Notes: generated by a model not told the origin, from the letters alone. Shown: positions 27,320 to 39,863, numbered from the whole stretch's first letter. The stretch is 63,633 nt of DNA, filler included, from Octopus bimaculoides (GCF_001194135.2; 5 parts of 5 records of this genome joined end to end with filler, not necessarily neighbours in it); one strand, 5' to 3'. Numbers and translations are program-made.

Positions 27320-27510
27320 CTGTAGGCACAAGGCCTGAAATTTTACAGTAGGGGTTAGTCAATTACATCAACCCCTGTATTCAACTGGTACTTATCTTAA
27401 CAACCCCGAAAGGATGAAAAGCAAGGTTGACCTCAGTGGAATTTGAACTCAGAACATAATGACAGATGAAATATTGCTAAGCATTTTGTCCAGAATGCTA
27501 CTAATTCTGC
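27320..27510 (-). mobile_element. SINE family B copy
   Basis: Reverse complement of the family B body (gttctgagttcaaattccactgaggtcaaccttgc). Confidence 0.75.
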
Positions 27511-28025
27511 TAACTAACCACTATAAGTAGGAACTAATAATATAAAGTTGTGTTTATCGTAATTTTTCCTGTATGACTAGTAGATAAATCTATAAGATAT
27601 ACCAGCAGATTCAGTCGTATTTATGACCAGCTTTCAGCCAAAAAAAAAATGCCATCAGATAGTGTCCCAACTTTCCTCAGGTACTTTGACCCTAAACCTT
27701 AACATCCTCCAGTTGGCAGGTCAGCAGTAATGGCCAGTCCCTACCCATCTTCTCTCTTCCCATAGTATTAAGAATATAATATAAAAATGTCTAAATTTTA
27801 CCCACTTTGTAAACAATTTCAGAATAGGAGGAGACAGAAAGGAGACTTGTAGGGGTCTTTTTCCCTGACTGTTTTCTGTACCTCACCCTGCTGCCACCAC
27901 CACCACCATCACCACCACCACCACCACCACCACCACCACTACCACCACCTACCTGTGCACGCAATACTGTTTACAACCTTCCNNNNNNNNNNTATGTTTT
28001 CCCCTTTTTTATTTACTCCTGCCAG

Positions 28026-28094
28026 ATATTTGGACTTTAATAACATCACCGTTGTTCCCAGAGAGATCAGCCGATTAACCAAGTTGACACAGCT
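28026..28094 (+). CDS. slit: Slit exon, 69 bp, LRR domain 4 (YLDFNNITVVPREISRLTKLTQL)
   Basis: Acceptor ctcctgccag and donor gtaagt, phase 2/2. The translation matches the Slit D4 repeat (human SLIT2 [22 protein letters not shown], recalled) and splices in frame to the next exon. Confidence 0.93.
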
Positions 28095-28458
28095 GTAAGT
28101 ATAATGGTCAAACGAATGATATATATGTATCATAATATACATACATATATATGTATGATATATATATATATATATATATATATCATCATTGTTTAATATC
28201 TGTGCTCCATGCTGGCATGGGTTGGATATATATATATATATATATATATCTCATCAACATTGTTTTGGCATCAACTTTTTTCGTGCTTGCATGAGTAAGA
28301 TGAAGGCAGGTTTTCTTACAGCCAGATATCCTTCTTGTTGCCAGCCTTCACCTATTTCCAAGCTAGGTAATGTTTTTCACAAAAGTCGACAATCGTTTAT
28401 AATTATCATGCGATGTCAAGAGACAGAGACACAGATACGAGCATACATACACACATAA

Positions 28459-28757
28459 AAGTAATAATTTTATATTCGAGTATACACCTTGTAGTATGCT
28501 ACTTAAAGCTTTTTCACAGTATACAGTTACCTGATGTCATCGACAGAATGGAGGTATATGCCACTGGATTTACTTCAGGAATTCCTTTGCGTCTGTAGAG
28601 TTTATAAAAATGTGTGCTCCTTGTGTAGACAGGTAGCATGCTATAACTACCAAATTGGATTATAGAAATAAGTGAAACAGCAAATAAAAAAATGAGGTAC
28701 CTTTTGATAAGTCACCTGAGGAAACATCTGTACCTATGATGTACAACAGTTGTTTGT
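28459..28757 (+). repeat. Local direct duplication, copy 1 (copy 2 at 30413-30683)
   Basis: Shared gtatacaccttgtagtatgctacttaaagc ... ctatgatgtacaacagttgtttgt; copy 2 has a ~30-bp deletion. Confidence 0.9.
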
Positions 28758-29171
28758 GCATGGTTTACATTAAAAAAATGCATGCGGTTTACATTTAAAA
28801 AAATATATATTATAATATTCGTACATGTGTGTATATACAGACATGAATATATGTGTGTGTATGTATTAACCATACATAATTACATAACATTCTATATTTG
28901 ATTAACACTGGATCCTCAAAGCTTTGATACAAATACTGATGTATAAATGATATTTTCATTATTAGTGAAGCAAGCAAGAAGACCAGTAAAATTGCAAAAT
29001 CCTCAGCTGTTACAATATTTGAGTAGTTTTAATATTGTTGCATAACCTTATATTAAAGCAGTACATCAGCTACATTTCTTGCATATATGCATCATTTGTG
29101 TGTGTTGTACATTGCATGCTTCATGATAAATATTTATTCATATTTTTGAGAATTGCAACATTAACGATATA

Positions 29172-29805
29172 AGCGCAAGGGTGGCTGTGTGGTAAGTAGC
29201 TTGCTTACCAACCACATGGTTCTGGGTTCAGTCCCACTGCATGGCACCTTGGGCAAGTGTCTTCTACTATAGCCTCGGGCCAACCAAAGCCTTGTGAGTG
29301 GATTTGGTAGACGGAAACTGAAAGAAGCTAGTAGTATATATGTATATATATGTATATATGTATATATATATATTGTGTGTGTGTGTGTGTGTGTGTTTGT
29401 GTGTGTGTGTATGTGTGTGTGTGTTTGTGTGTTTGTGTTTGTCCCTGCCAACCTTCGCTTGACAACCGATGCTGGTGTGTTTACGTCCCCGTAACTTAGC
29501 GGTTCNNNNNNNNNNNNNNNNNNNNNNNNNNNNNNNNNNNNNNNNNNNNNNNNNNNNNNNNNNNNNNNNNNNNNNNNNNNNNNNNNNNNNNNNNNNNNNN
29601 NNNNNNNNNNNNNNNNNNNNNNNNNNNNNNNNNNNNNNNNNNNNNNNNNNNNNNNNNNNNNNNNNNNNNNNNNNNNNNNNNNNNNNNNNNNNNNNNNNNN
29701 NNNNNNNNNNNNNNNNNNNNNNNNNNNNNNNNNNNNNNNNNNNNNNNNNNNNNNNNNNNNNNNNNNGTTAAATGACTGAAACAAGTAAAAGAGTAAAAGA
29801 GTAAA
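29172..29805 (+). mobile_element. SINE family A, near full length with an internal gap
   Basis: ggtggctgtgtggtaagtagcttgcttaccaaccacatgg head, ccttgggcaagtgtcttctactatagc core, internal TA/TG microsatellite, gactgaaacaagtaaaagag tail. Confidence 0.92.
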
Positions 29806-30019
29806 AGGGTATCATAAATCCACAATTCACTAAATGTTTTGAGGTTTTTGCACTAACCTTCAAAAGTGTATGCCCTTAACACCAGGATCAACTGCCCATT
29901 GAAATTAATGTAAAAGTGGAACCTTTATTGGTGATTTCATCTTAATATGCTGCTTACCACTGGATAACTCTCATGTATTTTACATACACACACACACACA
30001 TATATATATTCTTTTACAC

Positions 30020-30407
30020 TTTTACTCTTTTACTTGTTTCAGTCATTTGACTGCGGCCATGCTGGAGGACCGCCTTTAGTTGAGCAAATCAACCCCAGGA
30101 CTTATTCTATCAGTCTCTTTTGCCGGACAGCTAAGTTACGGGGACGTAAACACACCAGCATTGGTTGTCAAGCGATGTTGGGTGGGGGGACACAGATACA
30201 CAAACACACACACACATATATATATATACATATACATATATACGACAGGCTTCTTTAAGTTTCCGTCTACCAAATCCACTCACAAGGCTTTGGTCGGCCC
30301 GAGGCTATAGTAGAAGACACTTGCCCAAAGTGCCACGCAGTGGAACTGAACCCAGAACCATGTGGTTGCTAAGCAAGCTACTTACCACATAGCCACTCCT
30401 GCGCCTA
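30020..30407 (-). mobile_element. SINE family A, full length, inverted relative to its neighbours
   Basis: Reverse complement of the same consensus. Confidence 0.92.
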
Positions 30408-30412
30408 TATAT

Positions 30413-30683
30413 AAGTAATAATTTCATATTCAGGTATACACCTTGTAGTATGCTACTTAAAGCCTGTTCACAGTGTCTGGTTACCTAATGTCATCAACAG
30501 TATGGAAGTGTATGCCACTGGATTTACTTCAGGAATTCCTATTCGTCTGTAGAGTTTATAAAAATATGTCTCTCGTGTAGACAGATATAGAAATAAGTGA
30601 AACGGCAAATAGAAAATGAGGTACCTTTTGATAAGTCACCTGAGGAGACACCTCTGCACCTATGATGTACAACAGTTGTTTGT
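30413..30683 (+). repeat. Local direct duplication, copy 2
   Basis: See 28459-28757. Confidence 0.9.
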
Positions 30684-30794
30684 ATAGCATCTTGCCTGCA
30701 AGGTAGCAATTCCCAATGGCTCAAAATAATTGTAGTGAATAGTCTCATGAATTCCGTTTCCTTTCTCTTACACAGACATATGTATATTTAAGCA

Positions 30795-30960
30795 TATATG
30801 GCTGTGTGGTAAGAAGCTTGCTCCCCAACCACATGGTTCTTGGTTCAGTCTCACTGCATGGCACCTTTAGCAAAGTGTCTTCTACTATAGCCTTGGACTA
30901 ACTAAAGCGTTCTTAGTGGATTTGGTAGATGGAAACTGAAAGAAGCCCATCGTATATATA
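30795..30960 (+). mobile_element. SINE family A, 5' half
   Basis: tggctgtgtggtaagaagcttgc...gaaactgaaagaagcccatcg. Confidence 0.88.
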
Positions 30961-32608
30961 TATCATGAAATCTGGATGACCATTGACTCTTNNNNNNNNN
31001 NNNNNNNNNNNNNNNNNNNNNNNNNNNNNNNNNNNNNNNNNNNNNNNNNNNNNNNNNNNNNNNNNNNNNNNNNNNNNNNNNNNNNNNNNNNNNNNNNNNN
31101 NNNNNNNNNNNNNNNNNNNNNNNNNNNNNNNNNNNNNNNNNNNNNNNNNNNNNNNNNNNNNNNNNNNNNNNNNNNNNNNNNNNNNNNNNNNNNNNNNNNN
31201 NNNNNNNNNNNNNNNNNNNNNNNNNNNNNNNNNNNNNNNNNNNNNNNNNNNNNNNNNNNNNNNNNNNNNNNNNNNNNNNNNNNNNNNNNNNNNNNNNNNN
31301 NNNNNNNNNNNNNNNNNNNNNNNNNNNNNNNNNNNNNNNNNNNNNNNNNNNNNNNNNNNNNNNNNNNNNNNNNNNNNNNNNNNNNNNNNNNNNNNNNNNN
31401 NNNNNNNNNNNNNNNNNNNNNNNNNNNNNNNNNNNNNNNNNNNNNNNNNNNNNNNNNNNNNNNNNNNNNNNNNNNNNNNNNNNNNNNNNNNNNNNNNNNN
31501 NNNNNNNNNNNNNNNNNNNNNNNNNNNNNNNNNNNNNNNNNNNNNNNNNNNNNNNNNNNNNNNNNNNNNNNNNNNNNNNNNNNNNNNNNNNNNNNNNNNN
31601 NNNNNNNNNNNNNNNNNNNNNNNNNNNNNNNNNNNNNNNNNNNNNNNNNNNNNNNNNNNNNNNNNNNNNNNNNNNNNNNNNNNNNNNNNNNNNNNNNNNN
31701 NNNNNNNNNNNNNNNNNNNNNNNNNNNNNNNNNNNNNNNNNNNNNNNNNNNNNNNNNNNNNNNNNNNNNNNNNNNNNNNNNNNNNNNNNNNNNNNNNNNN
31801 NNNNNNNNNNNNNNNNNNNNNNNNNNNNNNNNNNNNNNNNNNNNNNNNNNNNNNNNNNNNNNNNNNNNNNNNNNNNNNNNNNNNNNNNNNNNNNNNNNNN
31901 NNNNNNNNNNNNNNNNNNNNNNNNNNNNNTATATATGCTATTTTTGCTGTTATTTATTGATTTGCTGTATTAATACATCCTTACTTTTTAATTTTTCTTT
32001 TCTTTCTTTGTGGTGCACGATTGTATACATATGCTTATATATCGTACAAAATGTAGTATATTGGAGCACTTGTGTTTTATTTTATGTTATTTTCTTGTGC
32101 CTTTTTCGCTTCTTCAGTTTATTATTTATATTGTACGTTGTAGTCTACATCTATTCCACTATAATGTAAGCTTGTTGCAAATGCATCGTGAGTCTTTGAG
32201 GTTCAGTAATTGATGAATGGCCAAATAACAGTATGAAGTTTATAATACACGTTCCTTCAGTTAAATTGATATATTATTACTTTAGACGTTTAGATAACTT
32301 AACAGCTTGTAGTTTATTATAAGGTTTCTTGTTGGTGCTACAATAAATATTGCTTTTATCTCTCTGACATACTTAACATATATGTATTAAATATGTCATA
32401 TTGATAAAGATTTTACTCTGGGGCTATTTCTGTTGCATAATTCAAATATAAATGTTGCTTTATTTTTAACCAGGTAGTGATTAAGAAAAATTTTTAGAAC
32501 ATTGGAAAAATGCCTTGTGGTATTTGTTTCAGCTCTTTATGTACTGAGTTCAAATCTCACTGAAGTCAGTTTCACTTTCCATCAATTCAGGAGTGAGAAA
32601 ATATATGC

Positions 32609-32609
32609 T

Positions 32610-32646
<37 letters not shown>

Positions 32647-32742
32647 GGGGTAATGATTGTGTTGGTCGTGGGGGTGGTGGTTGTGGCTGCAGCAGTGGCA
32701 GTATTAGTGGTGGAAGTGTGGGGTGGAGTACGTTAGGGCAGC

Positions 32743-32810
<68 letters not shown>

Positions 32811-32836
32811 AAGTAGTGGTGGTAGTAGTAGTAGTA
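32609..32836. repeat. Interrupted (GTA)n microsatellite
   Basis: Direct reading of the sequence. Confidence 0.95.
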
Positions 32837-32974
32837 TCAGGAGGAGGAGGAGCCTAAAATTTGTTGGTATCTTACTCTATGAACACCTTGAAGTACCCAA
32901 TGGTATGTCCAGGGAAAGAGAGATCCACACCAACAACAACTGGTTGGTATTTGATTGCAGCTGAGCAGACTGGA

Positions 32975-33240
32975 GACACATGGCCTAGTGGTTAGAACAT
33001 CGTGCTAATGATCATGAGATCATGGGATCATGGTTTCGATTCCTGGACTGGGCAGTGCATTGGTTTCTTTGAGAAAAACACTCCATCTCGTGTTGCTTTG
33101 TGATCACCTCTAACATCTGATGTGTGGTACACTCTGCACCTATTCAGGTAATGTCGATTTGATGGAGAGAGTGATCTAATGTATAGTACAAACATTTGAT
33201 CACTATAAACAAATCTGTTGCATGGTCGCTCAGCAAGAAA
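32975..33240 (+). mobile_element. tRNA-headed SINE (family D-like), diverged
   Basis: A-box tggcctagtggtt, B-box-like ggtttcgattcc, and ttctttgagaaaaacact core. Confidence 0.7.
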
Positions 33241-34068
33241 ATGCTCACCTGTCAGCTATGACAGGAGATTCCATGAAACTGTAGTAACATGAAATGATGT
33301 GACTTGCTCAAGCACACAATTCCCTTCCTAAGCCAGGAATTGAACACATGACTTCATTATCATAAACCAAGCATGCTAACTACTATGCCATGTGCCTTAA
33401 CACCTTGAGGTGTGAATGCTATAAAACAAAGATGTCAGCTCCAGGTGAGCTGAGAATATAATGCAGATGGCCTCCTGATTCAGAGGCAATTCATTGCATT
33501 GTTACCATGTATTTAACCCATATATGCCCATAAAAAATATAAAGTCTTAAATTTTCACTGTATATAGATTAAACGTTACGGTAAACTTTCACCATCTGGA
33601 GATGATGGACAGTATGCAACTGTTAGTTATGGGTGTCACCTACCCACTGAACATTTCATATTCTTAGTCAGATGCTTCCCAGCGAGTTCATGTCCAAACA
33701 AGTTGGAGCAGGTTTTGTCCAGCAAAAACGCAACCAGGGGTACATATAGGTTTAATATCCATGTGGAGGTGTGTGGTTAAGTGGTTAGGTTGTTGGAATC
33801 ATGACATTGAGATTGTAGTTTTGCTTCTTGGACCAGGCAACACGTGTTCTTGAACAAAACCCTGCATTTTACATTGTTCCAGTCTACTCAGCTACCAAAA
33901 ATGAGTAGCCCTGCTATGGACTGATGTCCCATCCAGGGAAGAATATATACACCACACCACAGAAACTGGGAAAAATACCCCTATAAGTCTATATTACTTG
34001 GGAAGGATCTCTCTCTCTCTCTCTCTCAATTCTAATTAATATCCATAGACGTAGGAGTGGCTGTCATA

Positions 34069-34247
34069 GACGTAGGAGTGGCTGTGTGGTAAGTAACTTG
34101 CTTACCAACCACATGGTTCCAGGTTCAGTTCCACTGCATGGCACCTTGGGTAAGTGTCTTCTACTATAGCCTTAGGTCATCCAAAGCCTTGTGAGGGGAT
34201 TTGGTAGACGGAAACTGAAAGAAGCCCGTCGTATATATGTATATATA

Positions 34248-34289
<42 letters not shown>

Positions 34290-34490
34290 TGTGTCTGTGT
34301 TTGTCCCCCCCAACATCACTTGACAACCGATGCTGGTGTGTTTACGTCCCCTTAACTTGTTGGTTCAGCTAAAGAGACAGATAGAATAAGTACTAGGCTT
34401 ACAAAGAATAAGTCCTGGGGTCGATTAGTTCGACTAAAAGGTGGTGCTCCAGCATGGCCACAGTCAAATGACTGAAACAAGTAAAAGAGT
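34069..34490 (+). mobile_element. SINE family A, full length, 140 bp upstream of a Slit exon
   Basis: Complete head, core, microsatellite and tail; 21-bp tandem duplication at the 5' end. Confidence 0.93.
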
Positions 34491-34630
34491 ATAGGAAAGG
34501 TAACAACAAGGCCTTTCACATTTGACAACACATAAAAATAAAGAGGACGCTTTCTACCTGGTCAAATGAACCTAATATTTAATATAACACTTTCCCACTT
34601 TGACTGTATTTTATATACTTGTATTTCCAG

Positions 34631-34702
34631 AGACCTCAGCTACAACCAGATTGAAACTCTGCCGGATTATGCTTTTGCCAACCTTTCTCATATGTCAACT
34701 CT
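34631..34702 (+). CDS. slit: Slit exon, 72 bp LRR (DLSYNQIETLPDYAFANLSHMSTL)
   Basis: Acceptor tttccag, donor gtaagt, phase 2/2; one 24-aa LRR with the LxxLxLxxNxI pattern. Confidence 0.96.
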
Positions 34703-34847
34703 GTAAGTCAGTCATTGTTTTTGTTTCTTTCATTTATTACTAACTGTTCTTCTATTATTCTTGTAGGTATATTCTTACTTCTATTATTCTTGTAGGTGTA
34801 TTCCTCCACTGAATTACTATTTTCTCTCCTCTTCTGTGAGATTCTGG

Positions 34848-34878
<31 letters not shown>

Positions 34879-34886
34879 CATTTCCA

Positions 34887-34920
<34 letters not shown>

Positions 34921-35290
34921 TCAAATATATAAAAACACTACACTCATTATTATATTAGGAGATTTTCAAGCATAGAAGTCAACATAGTATATAGTGTAAC
35001 CATGTCATGTAAATATATAAATTTTGTGACTTACTTACCAAATCCTGTTGCATTTTACTTGGAATTTTGGGTCCTCCAAAGTTGTCTTGGTGTATAAGTC
35101 AACCTACCTTTTTTTTTTTTTTTGGCCTGTAAATTCTGATTTGAAAATTTAAAACTGTATGCCAGAAAATGCTGAAAATTCATATTAACACTTAGACATT
35201 TAAACATCGCTTCTGTTTCTTTTTTTTTTTTTTTTTCCTGCTTCCATTTCAATTGATGCCACCAACACCAACACCGACTGGTTTCTACAG

Positions 35291-35362
35291 AATACTCAGT
35301 TATAATCCACTTCAGTGTGTTGCTGAAACAAGTTTCTCTGGACTTACCAAATTACGAATACT
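35291..35362 (+). CDS. slit: Slit exon, 72 bp LRR (ILSYNPLQCVAETSFSGLTKLRIL)
   Basis: Acceptor tttctacag, donor gtaagt, phase 2/2; matches the Slit ILSYNxLxC repeat. Confidence 0.96.
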
Positions 35363-35395
35363 GTAAGTATTGACAAATTACGATGATGATTATTA

Positions 35396-35441
<46 letters not shown>

Positions 35442-36029
35442 CATTATCATCATTATTATTATTCATCTGTCTTTACTGTTTGAGTTCAAATTCTGCTGAG
35501 ATCGTCTTTGTCCTTCATCCTTTCAGGATCAGTGAAATATAAATACAAAGATTGCCTTTTGGTATTAATACTGCTTCTGTTGCTAATTATTTCTAAATAA
35601 GCTTGCTGGTTATTTGCAACATTAGTGCTTGAAAGGTCACTGGAATTCTATACATTGCTGGCTGTCACTGAGGAATGCAGTACATCGAAACCATGTGATC
35701 TGGCAGTTTCGGAAACCCAAAGCAGATGATTCTCATCTGCTAATGATGTGTGTGTGTGTGTGCATGTGTGTGTGTGCATGTGTGTGTGCATGTGTGTGTG
35801 TGTGTGTGTGTATGCGTGTGTGTGTGCGTATTTATGCACCATGAGTGCATATAAGAAGCCCTCTCAAGGTGAATACTTCAGCATTCAATGTTCTAACAAA
35901 ACATCCACATTAAGTTGGATATAAAGATAGCTTCGAGCCTCATTAGTCATCAGAGGCATAAACACCGAGAGAGGGGAAGAACTGCTGAAGAAGAAGCCAA
36001 ATAAATTATCAGACAAATGATAAAATGCA

Positions 36030-36071
<42 letters not shown>

Positions 36072-36074
36072 TCC

Positions 36075-36270
36075 CTAACTGGCTCCTATGCCAGTGACAT
36101 GTAAAAAGAACCCACTACACTCTCATTGTGGTTGGCGTTAGGAAGAGCATCCAGCTGTAGAAAACTTGCCAGATCAGATTGGAGCCTGACTTGCCAGTCC
36201 TCAGTCAAACCATTGAACCCATGCCAGCATGGAAGGCAGACATTAAACGATGATGATGATGATGATGCTA
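36075..36270 (+). mobile_element. SINE-like family C, 3' part
   Basis: ggttggcgttaggaagagcatccagc ... cattaaac(gat)n. Confidence 0.85.
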
Positions 36271-36811
36271 TACACACGCACACACACACACACAGTGGGC
36301 TTCCACAAAGTTTCTGTCTAAAAATTCATCACAAGTCATTTATAGGCCAGTTAAGTTAGGCATTTACCTTCTCAGGTGATGCCAGCTCATAGGGGCTGGT
36401 TTCCTGGTTTCCATGCCGTATAAATTCTCCCTGACTGGAGCAACGTGAAATGAAGTGTTTTGCCCAAGAATATAACACGTTGCCCAGTCCAGGAATTGAA
36501 ACCACAATCTTACAATTACGAGTCCAACACCTTAACCACTAAGCTACACACCTCCACATTTACAGACTAGGAACAGTAGAGATGCAGTGCAACGAAGCTG
36601 ATCTCAAAACCACATAGTCAAACAACAACCTCATAAGCACTACACTCATAAATTTTAATTATTCTGGTTTAATTAGAAAACCCTTTTAATTGTAGTAATT
36701 TCTCAATTATACATTTACCTTGGTTAATGTTATAATCACCTTAGAAATATCACTATTAATGTCATAATCACCCTATCATTGTCATGGTTAATGTTATAAT
36801 TTCTTTCAAAG

Positions 36812-36883
36812 GTCTCTGCATGAGAACAAGCTGTCTACCATTCCATATGGAACCTTCAAAGATCTTCATTCGTTAACCCATAT
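36812..36883 (+). CDS. slit: Slit exon, 72 bp LRR (SLHENKLSTIPYGTFKDLHSLTHI)
   Basis: Acceptor ttctttcaaag, donor gtaagt, phase 2/2; matches the Slit SLHGNxIS repeat. Confidence 0.95.
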
Positions 36884-36918
36884 GTAAGTATAAAAGAAAC
36901 CAATTAAAATTTTACTAC

Positions 36919-37140
36919 TTAACTCTTTTACCATATTCCGTTACTGTATTTATTTTGAGATGCTCTGTATTTCTTTCAATTACTTTAAATATAACAAAGA
37001 ATTTAGTAAAATCATTTAGTTGTCATTCAGCTAGTGTTAGGAACATAAATTGCGACTAAGGTTTGGTGGAAGAATTTAAACAAGACATTTGTACTCAGAG
37101 CCAGAGCTGGTTTCAGCTGGGTTGGTAACGAAAGGGTTAA
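36919..37140. mobile_element. piggyBac-like MITE
   Basis: TTAA on both sides; imperfect TIRs ctctttt-acc / ggtaacgaaaggg. Confidence 0.7.
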
Positions 37141-37268
37141 TTAGGAAAATAATGAAGAATTTAGTAAAGTAACTGTCATCATTAAACTGGTATTTGACAT
37201 TTAGATATAAGATATGAAATTTTGATGGAAGGTTTTAAATAAAATCTCTTTAAAACATGATGTTTGTG

Positions 37269-37315
<47 letters not shown>

Positions 37316-37318
<3 letters not shown>

Positions 37319-37650
37319 GGCACATGGCTCAGTGGTTAGAGCGTCGATCTTACGACAGTGAGGTTGTGAGTTCGAATCCCAGACCAGGCTGCACATTGTG
37401 TTCTTGAGCAAGATACTTTATTTCGCGTTGCTCCAGTTCACTCAGCTGTAGAAATGAGTTGCGATGTCATTGGTGCCAAGCTGTATCGGCCTTTGCCTTT
37501 CCCTTGGATAACATCAGTGGAGTGGAGAGGGGAGGCTGGTATGCATGGGCGACTGCTGGTCTTCCATAAACAACCTTGCCCGGACTTGTGCCTAGGAGGG
37601 TAACTTTCTGGGTGCAATCCCATGGTCATTTGTGACCAAAGGAGTTCTCT
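37316..37650 (+). mobile_element. tRNA-derived SINE family D with a CORE-like central domain
   Basis: A box TGGCTCAGTGG (37325), B box GAGTTCGAATCC (37368), then tgtgttcttgagcaagatact...cagctgtagaaatgag, reminiscent of the CORE-SINE domain. The family assignment is inference. Confidence 0.85.
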
Positions 37651-37809
37651 GACACATATACATGTGTGTGTAAGTGTGTGTATTGTTTAATGTACATATA
37701 TATATATATATATGCGTGTGTGCATATTTTTTAATGTACATATATATAATATAATAGATATAGTGTGACTATATATATATGTAAATATAACCAATCTCTT
37801 TTATTCCAG

Positions 37810-37973
37810 CGTTCTTGGAGGAAATCCATTATACTGTGACTGCAACCTCAAATGGCTTTCTGATTGGATAAAAAAAGATTTTCTTGAACCTGGCATTGCT
37901 ACATGTGCCGGACCACCGCCAATGTCTAACAAACTCCTTCTCACTACGCCTTCCTATAATTTCCAGTGTGGAA
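37810..37973 (+). CDS. slit: Slit exon, 164 bp LRR C-terminal cap ([54 protein letters not shown])
   Basis: Acceptor ttattccag, donor gtaagt, phase 2/1. NPLYCDC..WLSDW.K...[17 protein letters not shown] is diagnostic of Slit D4. Confidence 0.97.
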
Positions 37974-37991
37974 GTAAGTACATGAATCTCA

Positions 37992-38066
<75 letters not shown>

Positions 38067-38068
38067 TG

Positions 38069-38099
<31 letters not shown>

Positions 38100-38546
38100 G
38101 AAAACATTGAAGTCAACATGAAGGGGTACAGTTGGACATTTCTGTTTTAATCACTACAATTGTTTCCACTCATCATAGTTCTCCAGGTGTGCAAATACTT
38201 GATTATGCAACTGTTTCTTTGCATTATGAGATCTAGTTGTGTTTCCTCAGGCGATATGTAAATATTGTCTCTGTAAGAATATCCTATCTGTCTGTCATGA
38301 TCTGAATTTAGTAGTAGTCACTGAGCTTATCAGGAGGTGTTGTTGCTGAAGGGCCATTGGCAAACTGCTTTGAATGTGTAGATGTAGTGGGATGGTGATT
38401 CTGCTACTGTTAAAGTGGTTGCCATTTTAAAGGGAATGGCACTTGATTTCTTTTCAGTAGAAAAAAAAATCTGTTTTTAGATTGAGATGGATATTGTGAA
38501 AAATATCTATTATATACATACACACACACACACATACACACACACG

Positions 38547-38577
<31 letters not shown>

Positions 38578-38642
38578 GTATGTATACACTTGCTTTCTCC
38601 TGACTTGTTATAATGACTCCCTCTCATTTTCATTTATAACAG

Positions 38643-38859
38643 AAAAACCAGACCCAGTAGTAATGTCCAAGTGTAACGCCTGCTATGAGAACCCTTGTCA
38701 ACACGGTTCCACTTGTACGGTGGTCTCGTTCCAGAATTTCACCTGTTCTTGTACACCGGGTTATTATGGCACCAAGTGTGAGAAAGAGATCGATTCATGC
38801 TTCGGCAACCCTTGCTACAATGGGGCTACTTGTGAAGTTTTGGACAACGGCAGATTCAT
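38643..38859 (+). CDS. slit: Slit exon, 217 bp, EGF1 and start of EGF2 (KPDPVVMSKCNACYENPCQHGSTC...CYNGATCEVLDNGRFI)
   Basis: Acceptor tttataacag, donor gtaagt, phase 1/2; EGF cysteine spacing, in frame with its neighbours. Confidence 0.97.
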
Positions 38860-39294
38860 GTAAGTTAAACAGATACAGCTTTTCTTTCTTTCTTTCTTTC
38901 CTCCCTTTCTTCCTTCAATTACCTAATTCCCCTGCTACTACCCTTAGGTCTGTCATGATCTCTAGGACTCATAAGGCTGGAGCTCAAATCCAATTTCCAT
39001 GGGGTACATATGACTGAGGATTCAATACTTTCCCTGAAACAAGACACCAGTCCATTGAAGCCTTTAACTTCAACGTTTTATCTATCCCCACTTTCTTTCT
39101 CTGTCTGCTCCCATGATTACTTGTGCCACAAGCTTCTGTGAAAGGCCAGATCTGGCTAGTTTGAACATAAAATAGAGAAAATTTGGGGCCAGATATGGCC
39201 AATTTAAATGCTAAAGGGTTAAATATGTCATTAAAATTTTTTTTTTAATATGTCACTATTTAAAAAAATTTTGAGAGCTGTGACACAATTGATA

Positions 39295-39624
39295 TTAACC
39301 CTTCTGATACCATCTGACCTAAGACTGCCTCTGTTTCTGATTCTATGTTACAAACTTCTCATTTCCATCAAAATTTATTGTTAATTTATGCTCCAAACAC
39401 CAAATTAATAATGACAAAGTTCTGATGTTAGATTCTTCATTATTTTCAAAATTAATTGAAACAAAGGTGGTATATTTTAACTCAAATATGGTAACATGAA
39501 GTTTAAAGAGACGTAAATTAAAACTTTCCCTCAAAAGTTATTTCAATAAATTCTTTGTTAATTTCAAAACTAATTGAAACAAAGGCAGCGTGTATCAAGC
39601 AAAATATGGTAACAAAAGGGGTAA
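39295..39624. mobile_element. piggyBac-like MITE, diverged
   Basis: ttaa-cccttctgatacc ... ggtaacaaaaggg-gtaa; internal ~45-bp duplicated segment. Confidence 0.55.
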
Positions 39625-39723
39625 TGTCACACTTAATCATATCTTTGAAAAAACGAAAAGATAAAACCAGTTTCTGTTGTGTTGATATAATCATTTCTCT
39701 CTGATTTGAAATTCATCTTGCAG

Positions 39724-39863
39724 ATGTCACTGTCCACGAGGCTTCAATGGTTATCGCTGTGAATCCAACATAGATGACTGTACAAACCATTCCTGCCAGA
39801 ATAATGCCACTTGCATTGATTTAGTGGAAACATATACCTGTCAATGTCCTATTGGTTATATAG
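39724..39863 (+). CDS. slit: Slit exon, 140 bp, end of EGF2 and EGF3 (CHCPRGFNGYRCESNIDDCTNHSCQNNATCIDLVETYTCQCPIGYIG)
   Basis: Acceptor catcttgcag, donor gtgagt, phase 2/1; calcium-binding-type EGF consensus NIDDC. Confidence 0.96.

Noticed and set aside
35039-35110. Consensus minus-strand donor (G|gtaagtaag) inside a Slit intron
   Set aside because: The upstream acceptor lacks a pyrimidine tract and the peptide is unrecognisable.
37316-37390. tRNA-like sequence with A and B boxes
   Set aside because: It continues into a dispersed repeat body and has no proper acceptor stem; SINE head, not a tRNA gene.
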